Below are positions 45,526 to 55,700 of a stretch of 56,661 nucleotides of DNA, in pieces. The notes beneath the pieces were generated by a model. It was given only the letters and a program-made list of their open reading frames with translations. It made no database searches and was not told the DNA's origin. Position numbers and translations under genes: made by a program. The stretch comes from a virus (lineage: Duplodnaviria > Caudoviricetes), in the IMG/VR virus record IMGVR_UViG_3300043395_002017, positions 1 to 56,661 of that record; one strand, 5' to 3'. The number at the start of each line of letters is the position of its first letter. The stretch's first letter is position 1.

Positions 45526-45746
45526 AAGAAAAGCAATATCTCGCCAAACTCGGTACTCTGACGCAATACCATCAATGGGAAGCGTTTATGGAAATGCTCA
45601 ATGCTCATATGGATAATCATCAGCGAAAACTTGAGCAGGCGTCAGAGGTGACAGAGCTATATAGAGCACAAGGTGCCATCATGGCGCTAAAAGCGCTCAC
45701 AAAACTGAAGGACGAAATCAATGGGCTTCGGAAAGAAACGCAGTAG
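45522..45746 (+). CDS. Small conserved protein following portal
   Basis: YRAQGAI..L..L..LKD. Confidence 0.75.
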   Translation: MKEKQYLAKLGTLTQYHQWEAFMEMLNAHMDNHQRKLEQASEVTELYRAQGAIMALKALTKLKDEINGLRKETQ

Positions 45747-47286
45747 CAAGGTTGGCGTTGGTGCCATCACTACGAGCAAAAAGAAGTTGTTTGCCGAAGG
45801 CGGCATGATGGATGACGGCAAAGACGTCGATCCTGTCAGTGGTAATAAGGTGCCTGTTGGTAGCCTTGCTGAAGAGGTGAGGGACGACGTTGACGCTAAG
45901 TTGTCACCGGGCGAATTCGTCTTTCCCGCTGACGTCGTTCGCTTCATTGGACTTGAACGTCTGATGCAGTTGCGTGATCAAGCTAAGAAAGGCTTGTCGC
46001 GCATGAATGACATTGGTCAAATGGGCAACGCCGAAGACGTTGGCGAAGACGCTAATGACACCTATGAAAACGAAGATGAATTCGAAAGTGAAATCGATGA
46101 CATCATGAAAGAGGTTGATCGTGAAGAAATGGACGATCAAACTAGGGCTGCGTTTTCTACTGGTGGCTTTGTAAACGATGCTTATTACGATTTGTCAAAA
46201 GCTCCAAAAAATCCAGCCCTTGACATTCGTTATTTCACTGACGCTGAAGGCAAAACCTTTTACATGCCATTTATTAATGGTAAGCCCATGCGCCCATTAC
46301 CCAATGGTGCGCTTCAAACTGGTACGCCTACAAAAACGATTCCAACTACACCAACTGATAAAGAAACAACCACTGGCGGAATAACTACAGGTGTTGGTGT
46401 TGGTGGTGCTTCTCTGTTTAGCGGAACAGGTACATCCGCAACTGCTGGCACTAGTGGAACAACTGCTGGTGCAGGCACTAGCGTCAGTGTTGCCGGTACG
46501 TACACTGGAAGCAACATTGCTGACTTTGGTCGTTCTGACTTGATTTATAACCCCGGCGGAACCGGTAAGGCGGGTGAAATTGTCACCGAAGACTTGTATA
46601 GTGGCATCACCCGTGGACAAGCTCAATTGGGCAATGCGGCTGTCACTACTCTTGCTGCTGTTTCCGGCGTTCCCGGCATCATAACACAAGGTGTTCGTTG
46701 GGCAATCAAGACGTATGGACAAGATGCTGTCAATCAATTCATGGGCAAGCTCAATCAAGAAATGGTTGGCAGAGCCGGTGGCGTTGATGTAACAAGCTCA
46801 ACTGGTCTTGCGTCTGCAATGGCTCAAATTGATCAAATTCGTGATAGGAATGACGCCACTGCTGCTGCATCTGCCGGTGCGTTAGGTACTGGCGGGCGTG
46901 CTGCTGATGTTGGTAAGTATGTTTACGAACAACTTAAAGATACTGGTTTGACAGATTCTGAAATTGCTGCTGCTTCACAAAACGCAGTAGATGCTGTTAT
47001 TCGTGGTAAGTCTATGTCAGATGCGATTAGTGAATCAATTAAAGCCGCTAAGCCTGACTTCGGTGTTCGACTGTCTGATATGGATGCTTTCAAAACAAAC
47101 GAAGGCAGCATGTATGGCGGAGATCAATCCTTTGGTGTGCTGATGTCTGATATGGACTTTGCTGATGTAATTAAATTCTCAAAAGATATTGGTTTTGATT
47201 ATGGTACAATGGGTGACTTTGGGTCTGTTAGCGGTGGCAGCGGACTAAAGGGATTCGGCAACAATGACATGATTGTTTCCGATTGA
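45721..47286 (+). CDS. Head-module protein with FAEGG + DDVDAKLSPGEFVFPADVV domain
   Basis: ORF sequence; located between portal and scaffold. Confidence 0.7.
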   Translation: MGFGKKRSSKVGVGAITTSKKKLFAEGGMMDDGKDVDPVSGNKVPVGSLAEEVRDDVDAKLSPGEFVFPADVVRFIGLERLMQLRDQAKKGLSRMNDIGQMGNAEDVGEDANDTYENEDEFESEIDDIMKEVDREEMDDQTRAAFSTGGFVNDAYYDLSKAPKNPALDIRYFTDAEGKTFYMPFINGKPMRPLPNGALQTGTPTKTIPTTPTDKETTTGGITTGVGVGGASLFSGTGTSATAGTSGTTAGAGTSVSVAGTYTGSNIADFGRSDLIYNPGGTGKAGEIVTEDLYSGITRGQAQLGNAAVTTLAAVSGVPGIITQGVRWAIKTYGQDAVNQFMGKLNQEMVGRAGGVDVTSSTGLASAMAQIDQIRDRNDATAAASAGALGTGGRAADVGKYVYEQLKDTGLTDSEIAAASQNAVDAVIRGKSMSDAISESIKAAKPDFGVRLSDMDAFKTNEGSMYGGDQSFGVLMSDMDFADVIKFSKDIGFDYGTMGDFGSVSGGSGLKGFGNNDMIVSD

Positions 47287-47386
47287 TAAAGGAGAAAAGA
47301 TCGACTATACTTAACACATAAACGGCAACCCGTTTCCCCGCACTAGCGGCTACAAATGGCCCCATAACTTTAGAAAGGAGTTAATT

Positions 47387-48268
47387 ATGGCTGATCCTAT
47401 TGCTGTACCTACACAAACTCGCGTTGCACCATTTTCCATGCGTCGCAATGCAAACGATGACCGCATCAAGAAAGAAGAAGAAGAACTCGAAAAGCTGAAA
47501 GCTGCACAGGCGCAGTCAGCAGAAACGCAGGAGACAAAAAATGAAGAGGAAACTTCTGAAGAAAATCTTAATGCTGAAGAGAAAACTTTCAAGAAGCGTT
47601 ATGGCGATTTGCGACGCCATTCGCAAAAAGTGGAAACTGATCTTCGAAAAGAAATCGACGACCTAAAGAAGTTGGTTGAGCAATCCACCGAGAAGCAGAT
47701 GAAGCTTCCGGCACGCGACGAAGACATCGATGCGTGGGCAAAACAATATCCCGATGTCTATCGTATTGTAGAATCTATTGCGCTAAAGAAAGCTAAGGAA
47801 ACGCAGAAGACTCTTGAAGAGCGAATGAAGCAGGTCGATGAAACTGAGCGTGAAACTGCTCGGCAAAAGGCCCGAGTCGAGCTTTTGAAGATTCATCCTG
47901 ATTTTGATAAGATTGAAGATGATGACGATTTCCATGACTGGGCAGAAGAGCAGCCAAAATGGGTGCAAGATGCCCTCTATGAAAACGACGCCGACTATCG
48001 CTCGGCTGCTCGCGCCATCGATCTTTACAAAGCAGACAAGGGATTGTCAGGAAAAAAGCAAAAAGAAGACGATAGCCGCGCTGCTGCGCAAGCCGTAAAC
48101 ACCAAAGGACGATCTGCGCCAAGTGCTACGGCAGACCAAGAAGGTGTTTTCTATGAGAGCCAAGTGCAGAAAATGTCCATGCAGGAATACGAGGCCAAAC
48201 AAGAAGATATTGTAAAAGCAATGCGTTCGGGCAAGTTTGTTTATGATATTAGCGGAAATGCTCGCTAA
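47387..48268 (+). CDS. Capsid scaffolding protein
   Basis: Charged coiled coil, KKRYGDLRRH, HPDF; directly upstream of MCP. Confidence 0.8.
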   Translation: MADPIAVPTQTRVAPFSMRRNANDDRIKKEEEELEKLKAAQAQSAETQETKNEEETSEENLNAEEKTFKKRYGDLRRHSQKVETDLRKEIDDLKKLVEQSTEKQMKLPARDEDIDAWAKQYPDVYRIVESIALKKAKETQKTLEERMKQVDETERETARQKARVELLKIHPDFDKIEDDDDFHDWAEEQPKWVQDALYENDADYRSAARAIDLYKADKGLSGKKQKEDDSRAAAQAVNTKGRSAPSATADQEGVFYESQVQKMSMQEYEAKQEDIVKAMRSGKFVYDISGNAR

Positions 48269-48300
48269 CGCTTGACAAACACAAAGAAGTCTGTTCTAAC

Positions 48301-48335
48301 GGGGGCGTTGTCAGAAATGGCAACGTCCTTTTTTT
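48301..48335 (+). terminator. Intrinsic terminator between scaffold and capsid genes
   Basis: gggcgttgtca-gaaa-tggcaacgtcc followed by T7. Confidence 0.75.
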
Positions 48336-48484
48336 GTTCCTGTCAATAAGTTTTGTCGAATACCCAAGCGGGTAGCCGTCAATCCTAATCGAACTCTAGA
48401 GCGATTAGCATTGACCACCTATCCCTAGCGAGGCCCGAATAAGACGCAGACAGATAGTAAATGCTAATATAGGAGAATACTCAA

Positions 48485-49555
48485 ATGGCATTCGCTTCTG
48501 CTCCCGGTTGGGGCAACCTTCCTAACGGTAACTGGTCCCCGGTTATCTATTCCAAGCAAGTTCAGCTTGCTTTCCGTAAGTCGTCTGTGGTTGAAGCTAT
48601 CACCAACAACGACTATTTTGGTGAAATCGCCAACGTTGGTGACTCTGTTAAGATCATCAAGGAACCCGAAATCGCCGTCAAGAACTACGCTCGTGGCACG
48701 CAAGTTACGGCCCAAGACCTCGACGACAGCGACTTCACTCTGGTGGTTGACAAGTCGGCTTACTTCGCTTTCAAGGTGGACGACATCGAATCTTCGCAGT
48801 CGCATGTGAACTGGATGTCTCTGGCTTCTGATCGTGCTGCCTATCGCCTGAAGGACAACTACGACCAAGACGTGCTTGGCTACATGACTGGCTTCCAACA
48901 AGCCGCTCTGGGTGCCAACGCCACCGTGGCTCGTACCACCGCTTCTGGTACCAAGGCTGTTTCGACTGCTGACAGCGATGAACTGCTGGCTTCGATGAAG
49001 CTGAAGAAAGGCTCGTTCGCCAACATCACCACGGCTTCTGCCGGTGAGCATTCGATTCCGGTGACCCCGCGTCTGCCGGGTACGACCTCGCTGCCGACGG
49101 ATCGTGTGTCCCCCTTGATGATCATCTCTCGCATGGCTCGTCTGTTGGATCAACAGAATGTGGACACGCAAGGTCGCTTCCTCGTGGTTGACCCGATTTT
49201 CGTGGAAATGCTGAAGGACGAAGACAGCCGCTTGCTGAACAGCGACTTCGGCGGTGCTGGTCTGCAAAATGGTTTGGTGCTGAGCAATCTGCACGGCTTC
49301 AAGGTATTCGTGTCGAACAACCTGCCCGCTATCGGTACCGGCCCCGGCACCGCTGGCACTGCCAACCAGAACGACAACTATGGTATCATCGTTGCCGGTC
49401 ATGAGGCTGCTGTGGCTACGGCTGAGACGATCACGAAGACCGAAACCTATCGTGACCCCGACAGCTTCGCTGACATCGTGCGTGGCATGCATGTCTACGG
49501 CCGTAAGCTACTGAAACCCGAGGCTATTGTCAGGGCCAAGTATAACGTAGCGTAG
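48485..49555 (+). CDS. Major capsid protein
   Basis: PVIYSK, GEI...GDSVKI, GFKVFVSNNLP, FADIVRGMHVYG; strong codon bias and RBS. Confidence 0.93.
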   Translation: MAFASAPGWGNLPNGNWSPVIYSKQVQLAFRKSSVVEAITNNDYFGEIANVGDSVKIIKEPEIAVKNYARGTQVTAQDLDDSDFTLVVDKSAYFAFKVDDIESSQSHVNWMSLASDRAAYRLKDNYDQDVLGYMTGFQQAALGANATVARTTASGTKAVSTADSDELLASMKLKKGSFANITTASAGEHSIPVTPRLPGTTSLPTDRVSPLMIISRMARLLDQQNVDTQGRFLVVDPIFVEMLKDEDSRLLNSDFGGAGLQNGLVLSNLHGFKVFVSNNLPAIGTGPGTAGTANQNDNYGIIVAGHEAAVATAETITKTETYRDPDSFADIVRGMHVYGRKLLKPEAIVRAKYNVA

Positions 49556-49572
49556 TGTGCTAAAATAGCAGA

Positions 49573-50019
49573 ATGAAGATACCACTTACGCTCCGCGATG
49601 ACCACCCGTATAAAGATGGTAGAGAGTGTAGTGTTTGTGGTATCTTTAAGTTAGCATCAGAGTTTCAGTTAGAACGAGACGAAAAAGCAAGGGGTGGAGT
49701 TTCTTTGCGGGGTCAATGTAAACCCTGTAGAGAACATATCAAGTGGAAGACATTTATTGTTCGAACTTACGGAATTACTCCCGAACAATATTATCAATTG
49801 CTTGATGAACAAGAAGGAAAGTGTGCAATTTGCAAATCCGAGTCTCCAAATTCTGAAAGAATTGGAAGCGGAAAATTGTTTATTGACCATTGCCACGACA
49901 CTAAAAAAGTTCGCGGTCTTCTTTGTGCTAAATGTAATCTCGGTATCGGCTACTTGAACGACGATGTTGACCTTCTGCAATCGGCAATAGAATATATTAA
50001 CTCTTCAAAGGAAAAATAA
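49573..50019 (+). CDS. Endonuclease VII-type putative homing endonuclease
   Basis: CSVC...CKPC, YGIT, CAIC, IDHCHDTKKVRGLLCAKCNLGIG; AT-rich relative to flanks. Confidence 0.9.
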   Translation: MKIPLTLRDDHPYKDGRECSVCGIFKLASEFQLERDEKARGGVSLRGQCKPCREHIKWKTFIVRTYGITPEQYYQLLDEQEGKCAICKSESPNSERIGSGKLFIDHCHDTKKVRGLLCAKCNLGIGYLNDDVDLLQSAIEYINSSKEK

Positions 50020-50426
50020 TGGCTGCTGTTCAATCTCTTCGAAATAAAGCCTACGTTGTGGAAAAGGATGTGACGCTCGCCGCCACTTCCGGTACCGCTG
50101 TAGGTATTCCTGTGGGCGCTGGCACTCTGGTGTTGGCTGTCGGTTTTCAAAACTATACGACGGTGCCTGATGTCACCACGTATACGATGAACATTACCGA
50201 TGGTACTACCACCTTCGCTAGTGCTCTGAACTTCGACAACACCGCTGCTAACACCATTCGTGTTGGCACCACCGCCGGTCTGGTGGCTGCGGCTGACACC
50301 ATCGACGTCGTGACGACGATCTCCGGTTCTCCCGGCACGATCCGTGGTCGCGTGTTCGCTGTGGTGGTCGATGTCAATGCTGACTGGGCTACTCCGGGCA
50401 CTGTTGACAATGACACGCTTGCCTAA
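50019..50426 (+). CDS. Putative capsid decoration/cement protein
   Basis: Beta-rich, capsid-like codon bias, followed by terminator. Confidence 0.65.
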   Translation: MAAVQSLRNKAYVVEKDVTLAATSGTAVGIPVGAGTLVLAVGFQNYTTVPDVTTYTMNITDGTTTFASALNFDNTAANTIRVGTTAGLVAAADTIDVVTTISGSPGTIRGRVFAVVVDVNADWATPGTVDNDTLA

Positions 50427-50451
50427 GTCTGGGAAGACGTAAGCAAAATGG

Positions 50452-50474
50452 AAAAGGCTCTACGGAGCCTTTTT
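50452..50474 (+). terminator. Intrinsic terminator
   Basis: aaaaggctc-tacg-gagcctttt. Confidence 0.85.
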
Positions 50475-50497
50475 CTGTTGTATAACTAGGAATACTT

Positions 50498-51214
50498 ATG
50501 GCAACCTTTCTCTCACTCACTAACGAGCTTTTGCGCCGTCTCAACGAAGTGGAGATGGACTCAAACAATTTCAGCGGTGCGCGAAATATTCAAGCTCTGG
50601 CAAAGGATGCCATCAATGCCTCTGTCCGTGAAATCTTGCATGTTGCGCAAGAATGGCCTTTTACGCTTGCCACTGGAACTACAACCACCGTTGCAGGCAC
50701 TGCTGAATATAGTTTTCCCGCTGACTTGTCTAGTGTAGACTGGGACAGCTTTTATGTCCGTCAGCATGGTGATCAAACGAATATTCCACAAAAACTAGAG
50801 CCGTTGCCATATGTAGAGTTTCTACGACACTATCGTAGTCGTGATGAAACAGGTGGCACCGCTGCTCGTGAAGCGCCTCGTCGCGTTTACATGACGCAGG
50901 AAAGCAAGTTTGGCTTAACTCCGCCGCCTGACAAAGACTATGTTATTGAATATAAATATTGGACGTTTCCGACAGAAATGTCTTTGTATAGCGATACCTG
51001 CATTGTTCCTGATAGATTTAAGGGCGTCATCATTGATGGTGGAATGATGTTTCTAATGATATTCCGCAGCAACGAACAAAGTGCTGCTATCCATCGTGAA
51101 AAGTTTGATAACGGCATCCGCACCATGCGGCGCATTCTCATTGACGATCCGGTATCTATGACATCGACAATGATTTTGAAGCCTGCGGTATCTGCACGAG
51201 TATTAAATGGCTGA
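50498..51214 (+). CDS. Tail adaptor (tail tubular protein A-like)
   Basis: FLSLTNELLRRLNE, EWPF, P.PDKDY; synteny. Confidence 0.75.
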   Translation: MATFLSLTNELLRRLNEVEMDSNNFSGARNIQALAKDAINASVREILHVAQEWPFTLATGTTTTVAGTAEYSFPADLSSVDWDSFYVRQHGDQTNIPQKLEPLPYVEFLRHYRSRDETGGTAAREAPRRVYMTQESKFGLTPPPDKDYVIEYKYWTFPTEMSLYSDTCIVPDRFKGVIIDGGMMFLMIFRSNEQSAAIHREKFDNGIRTMRRILIDDPVSMTSTMILKPAVSARVLNG

Positions 51215-52763
51215 TCGTATTCAAGCGCTAAAAGTTAGCTGTCTTGGTGGGCTTGATACCAACAAAGACTTGCTAACGCAAGCTGAGCGCTATCCCGGTA
51301 GCGCTTTACAGCTTATCAACTATGAGCCGTCCACATCGGGTGGATATAGGCGCATTAGTGGATATGCAAACAGCTACGGCACTCTTGCGGGTGAAGGTGG
51401 TGTCTTAGGCATCAACATCTTTGATGGTGTTAATAACGGCATCTTTGCTTGCCGTAAGCCTTCTGCTGGCACCAACTACTTCTACCGCTGGAATACCAGC
51501 ACTAGCGCATGGGTGGCTGTTACGACTCCCGGCACCGTCACTATGGTTGGTGTCAAAAAGGTGAGATTTGAAAACCTCACATGGGGCGTAAATAAGATGG
51601 TGCTGGTTGATGGCGTCAACCCCGCTGCTGTCTATGACGGCACCACCTACACTCAGATCACAGCATCTACAGCACCTGCTGCTCCGAAATATGTAACGCA
51701 GTTTGCCAATCACTTGTTCTTAGCAGGCGACAGCAGCGCCCCTTACAATCTCTATTTTTCTGCACCAACCGCTGAAACCAACTTTACCCCTGCCGCTGGC
51801 GCGGGCGTCATCAACGTTGGCTTCCCCATTGTACAGATTAAGTCGTTCCGCGACGTGCTCTATATCTTTGGCAAGAACGCAATTAAGCGACTTGTTGGCA
51901 CAAGCATTGCTGACTTCAATGTGCAAGAGGTGACGAACAACCTCGGCTGTATTGTTCCCGATAGCGTTGTTGAATTTGCCGGTAATCTGGTGTTCTTGAG
52001 CTATGACGGTTTCCGTCCCATTGCCGGTACAGCTCGAATCGGTGACGTTGAACTTGAGAATTTGTCTAAGCAAATTCAGACAACAGTGAACACTTTCATT
52101 GATGAAATTGTTCAGTCAAACCTTGATGTAGAAAAGTTTACAAGCGTTGTCTATAATAAGAAGTCTCAGTTTAGATTTTTGTCTACCACCGACGGACTCT
52201 TCGGCATCTTAGCCGGTTTGCGTCGCATGGATCAAGGCATTGCAATGGAGTTTGGTCAGCTTTTCGACATAACCGCAACCTCTGCTGCTAGTGGTTTGAT
52301 TGGCACTGAAGAAATTCTTTTGCACGGAGACGCTACTGGTAAAGTGTATAAACAAGAGACAGGAAGCGATTTCGATGGTCGTCCTATTCTTAGCATTTAT
52401 CAGACCCCGTATTATTACTTTGAAGACCCAACGATTCGTAAAAATCTTTACAACGTCACCACGTTCTTACGAGCTGAAGGCTCTGTGAACATTGCGTTCG
52501 CAGTGTCTTATGACTTCGATGATAGCGTAAATGTTTTTAATCCGACAGACTATGATATAACGACGCAATATGCTGCTGCTTACTACAGTAGCGCAGTTTA
52601 TGACAGCGCTGCCGTCTATGATGGCAATCCATCCCCGGTTGTTAAAACAAACATCTCCGGCTCTGGATTCTCTGTCTCGTTTACATATGTCACCAATGAC
52701 ACAAATCTAAGTCACAATATTCAGGGCTTAGTGATGAACTTCTCATACAACGATAGGAGATAA
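51207..52763 (+). CDS. Tail nozzle (tubular protein B / P22 gp10-like beta-propeller)
   Basis: GGL...NYEP...GGYRRISGY, NHLFLAG, LGCI..DSV.E; synteny. Confidence 0.75.
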   Translation: MADRIQALKVSCLGGLDTNKDLLTQAERYPGSALQLINYEPSTSGGYRRISGYANSYGTLAGEGGVLGINIFDGVNNGIFACRKPSAGTNYFYRWNTSTSAWVAVTTPGTVTMVGVKKVRFENLTWGVNKMVLVDGVNPAAVYDGTTYTQITASTAPAAPKYVTQFANHLFLAGDSSAPYNLYFSAPTAETNFTPAAGAGVINVGFPIVQIKSFRDVLYIFGKNAIKRLVGTSIADFNVQEVTNNLGCIVPDSVVEFAGNLVFLSYDGFRPIAGTARIGDVELENLSKQIQTTVNTFIDEIVQSNLDVEKFTSVVYNKKSQFRFLSTTDGLFGILAGLRRMDQGIAMEFGQLFDITATSAASGLIGTEEILLHGDATGKVYKQETGSDFDGRPILSIYQTPYYYFEDPTIRKNLYNVTTFLRAEGSVNIAFAVSYDFDDSVNVFNPTDYDITTQYAAAYYSSAVYDSAAVYDGNPSPVVKTNISGSGFSVSFTYVTNDTNLSHNIQGLVMNFSYNDRR

Positions 52764-52765
52764 TT

Positions 52766-55700
52766 GTGGCAGGATATTCCCGTCAATCGGCAGCGAGCAT
52801 TGTTCCGACAGCAGTTGTTCGTGCTACCCCTCTGAACGATGAGTTTAACGCTCTTCGTGACGCCTTTGTCGTTGCCACTGGACATAAGCACGACGGCACT
52901 TCCACCGAAGGCGCGTACATTCCGCTAGTCTCCGATACCAACGCTCGCAACAAGGTTGTTGTAGATAGCACGAACAATCGGATTAGTCTCTTCATCAATG
53001 TTAGCAGTGCAGCAGTAGAACAACTTCGTCTTATCGACGGAGCTATTCTGCCTGTCACTGACAACGACATCGACCTCGGCAGCAGCACGTTCGAGTTTAA
53101 AGACCTTTTCATTGACGGCACCGCCAACATCGACAGCCTTGTTGCTGACACTGCTGCCATCTCTGGCGGCACTATCAACAGCACTGTCATCGGTGGCACC
53201 ACCCCCGCTGCCGGTACGTTTACGACGGTTAGCGCCACTGTAAGCGCAACGATTCCGACTGCTACCATTTCTGGTGGCACCATTAACAACACCATCATTG
53301 GCGCAACGACGCCTGCCGCAGGCACCTTCACCAATCTGACGGTGAACACTGCGGCAACAATTGCGTCTGCTGCTATCAGCGCTGGCACCATCAATAACAC
53401 CGTTATCGGTGGCACCACGCCTCAAGCTGTCACCGGCACCACCATCACCGCTAACACCGGTTTTGTTGGCGCACTCACCGGCAACGTCACCGGAAACGTA
53501 ACAGCTTCTAGTGGCACTTCGACGTTCAATAACGCCACCGTCAACGGCACATTGTCGGCTACGTTGACAGGCAACGTTAATGCCTCTAGTGGCACGTCAA
53601 CGTTCAACAACGTCACCATCAGCGGCACGTTGAATATGGATGGCGCAACTGCTGCGACCATCACCAATCTGTCGTCGCCAGTTAATAATAGTGATGCAGC
53701 TACAAAGCTGTATGTTGACACGTCGATTTCCAATCTTGTTAATTCTGCGCCGGGAACGCTGGATACGCTGAATGAACTGGCTGCGGCACTGGGCAACGAT
53801 CCCAGTTTTGCCACGACAGTGACCAACTCCATTGCAACGAAGTTGTCGTTGAGCGGCGGCACCATGACGGGTGCTATTGCGATGGGGACGAACAAGATCA
53901 CCGGCATGGGTGATCCTACTTCTGCTCAGGATGCTGCTACCAAGACCTATGTAGATACGCAGCGCGACACACGTCTTGCGTTGAGCGGTGGCACCATGAG
54001 CGGTGCTATTGCGATGGGGACGAACAAGATTACAGGTCTTGGTGATCCGACATCGAATCAAGACGCCGCAACAAAGATTTATGTTGACGGCATTTTAGGC
54101 TCGGCAACGTCGGCTGCGGCATCTGCGGCAGCAGCGGCAACGAGTGCTAGCAATGCTGCAACGAGTGCTAGCAATGCGTCTACAAGCGCTACAAATGCTG
54201 CATCAAGCGCCAGTGCTGCGGCAGCGTCTGCGGCAGCAGCAGCAGCAAGCTACGACAGTTTTGATGATCGTTATCTCGGCGTTAAGACCAGCGATCCGAC
54301 TCTGGACAATGACGGTAATGCGCTAATTACCGGCGCTATCTATTTCAATAGCAGTGCTGGTGAAATGCGTGTTTGGACGGGATCGGCATGGGCGTCTACG
54401 CTTTTGACCACCGGGGCACAGACATTTATTGGCGTCAAGACATTCGCCAGCAACCCGATCCTATCCGCAGGAACCGCCAATGGCGTGGCCTACCTCAACG
54501 GCAGCAAGGTGCTGACCACGGGGAGTGCGCTGACGTTTAACGGAACTCGTTTTAGCACTTACGTCACCAGCGACACGAATACAAACATTGCTCGGTTTGG
54601 TGTCGTTAACAGTGCTGTCACCGATGACGCTGTTTTGGACATCAGCGCAGATGCCGCCAACAACCTGATTACGCTGAACTCTACTGGCAACAACGCAGGT
54701 TCGTTTGCGTTTCAGACTGGCAACACCGAACAAATGCGCCTGACCTCTACCGGGTTGGGCATTGGGACGAGTTCGCCTGCTTATAAGTTGGATGTATCAA
54801 GTGCATCTACGCCAGTTGCAAGATTTACAGGCTCGGCCAACGCTTATGTAGATTTCTCTGACGGCACGGTAACTTCAAGGCTGCAAAACAGTGGTGCGTT
54901 GCTATTTGGCACTACATCAAACCACTCCTTATTGCTGAGAACTAACTCGACAACACAAGCAACGCTAGATACCTCCGGCAACCTCGGTTTGGGGGTGACG
55001 CCGAGTGCTTGGATTAGCAGTTATCGGGCTTTGAACATTGGTGATTCGGGCCTTGTATCTTCTCGTACAGGCGCATCAATCAACAACATTGAAATCGGCG
55101 TTAATTGGTTTAGAGATAGTGGGGCCGCCTTCCGTTACAAAGCCAATGGTTTTGGCACGAATTATCAACAATTTGATGGGGCACATTACTGGTACACCGC
55201 AGCCTCCGGCACCGCAGGAAACGCCATCAGTTTCACGCAGGCGATGACGCTGGATGCGTCGGGTAACTTGGGGGTGGGTACTACATCGCCCGGTTCAAGA
55301 CTAGATGTTGTTGGCACCGGCACATTTAGCGGCTCTCTCGGGCGCGTCATCATCAGTTCGACGGTACAAAACAGTTATGCACTGCAAGTATCTTCGACCA
55401 ATGGCACGTCGGCTCAAGGCGTGGACATTGATAGCCGCTCTCCGACTGGAGTGGCCGGGAACCAAACCGCACTGCGCGTTCGCAATAACACCGACGTATG
55501 GATGCAAATTGATGCCTTTAATGGCAATGTCGGCATTGGGACGAGTTCGCCTGCTACGAAACTGCAAGTCGTTGGTACGGCAACTTTTGGCGATGGGACA
55601 AACGGGCAGATACGTTTGACTTCCAACTCGTCAATCAACTATTTGGATTCGCTTAACAACGCCGCAACTGGTTGGCAAAACATTGTCAGCAGGGCGACTA

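Noticed and set aside
49555-50019. Group I intron or intein carrying the endonuclease
   Set aside because: MCP ends in an apparently complete C-terminus and there is no room for an intron core; no intein motifs seen in terL, polymerase, helicase or RNR
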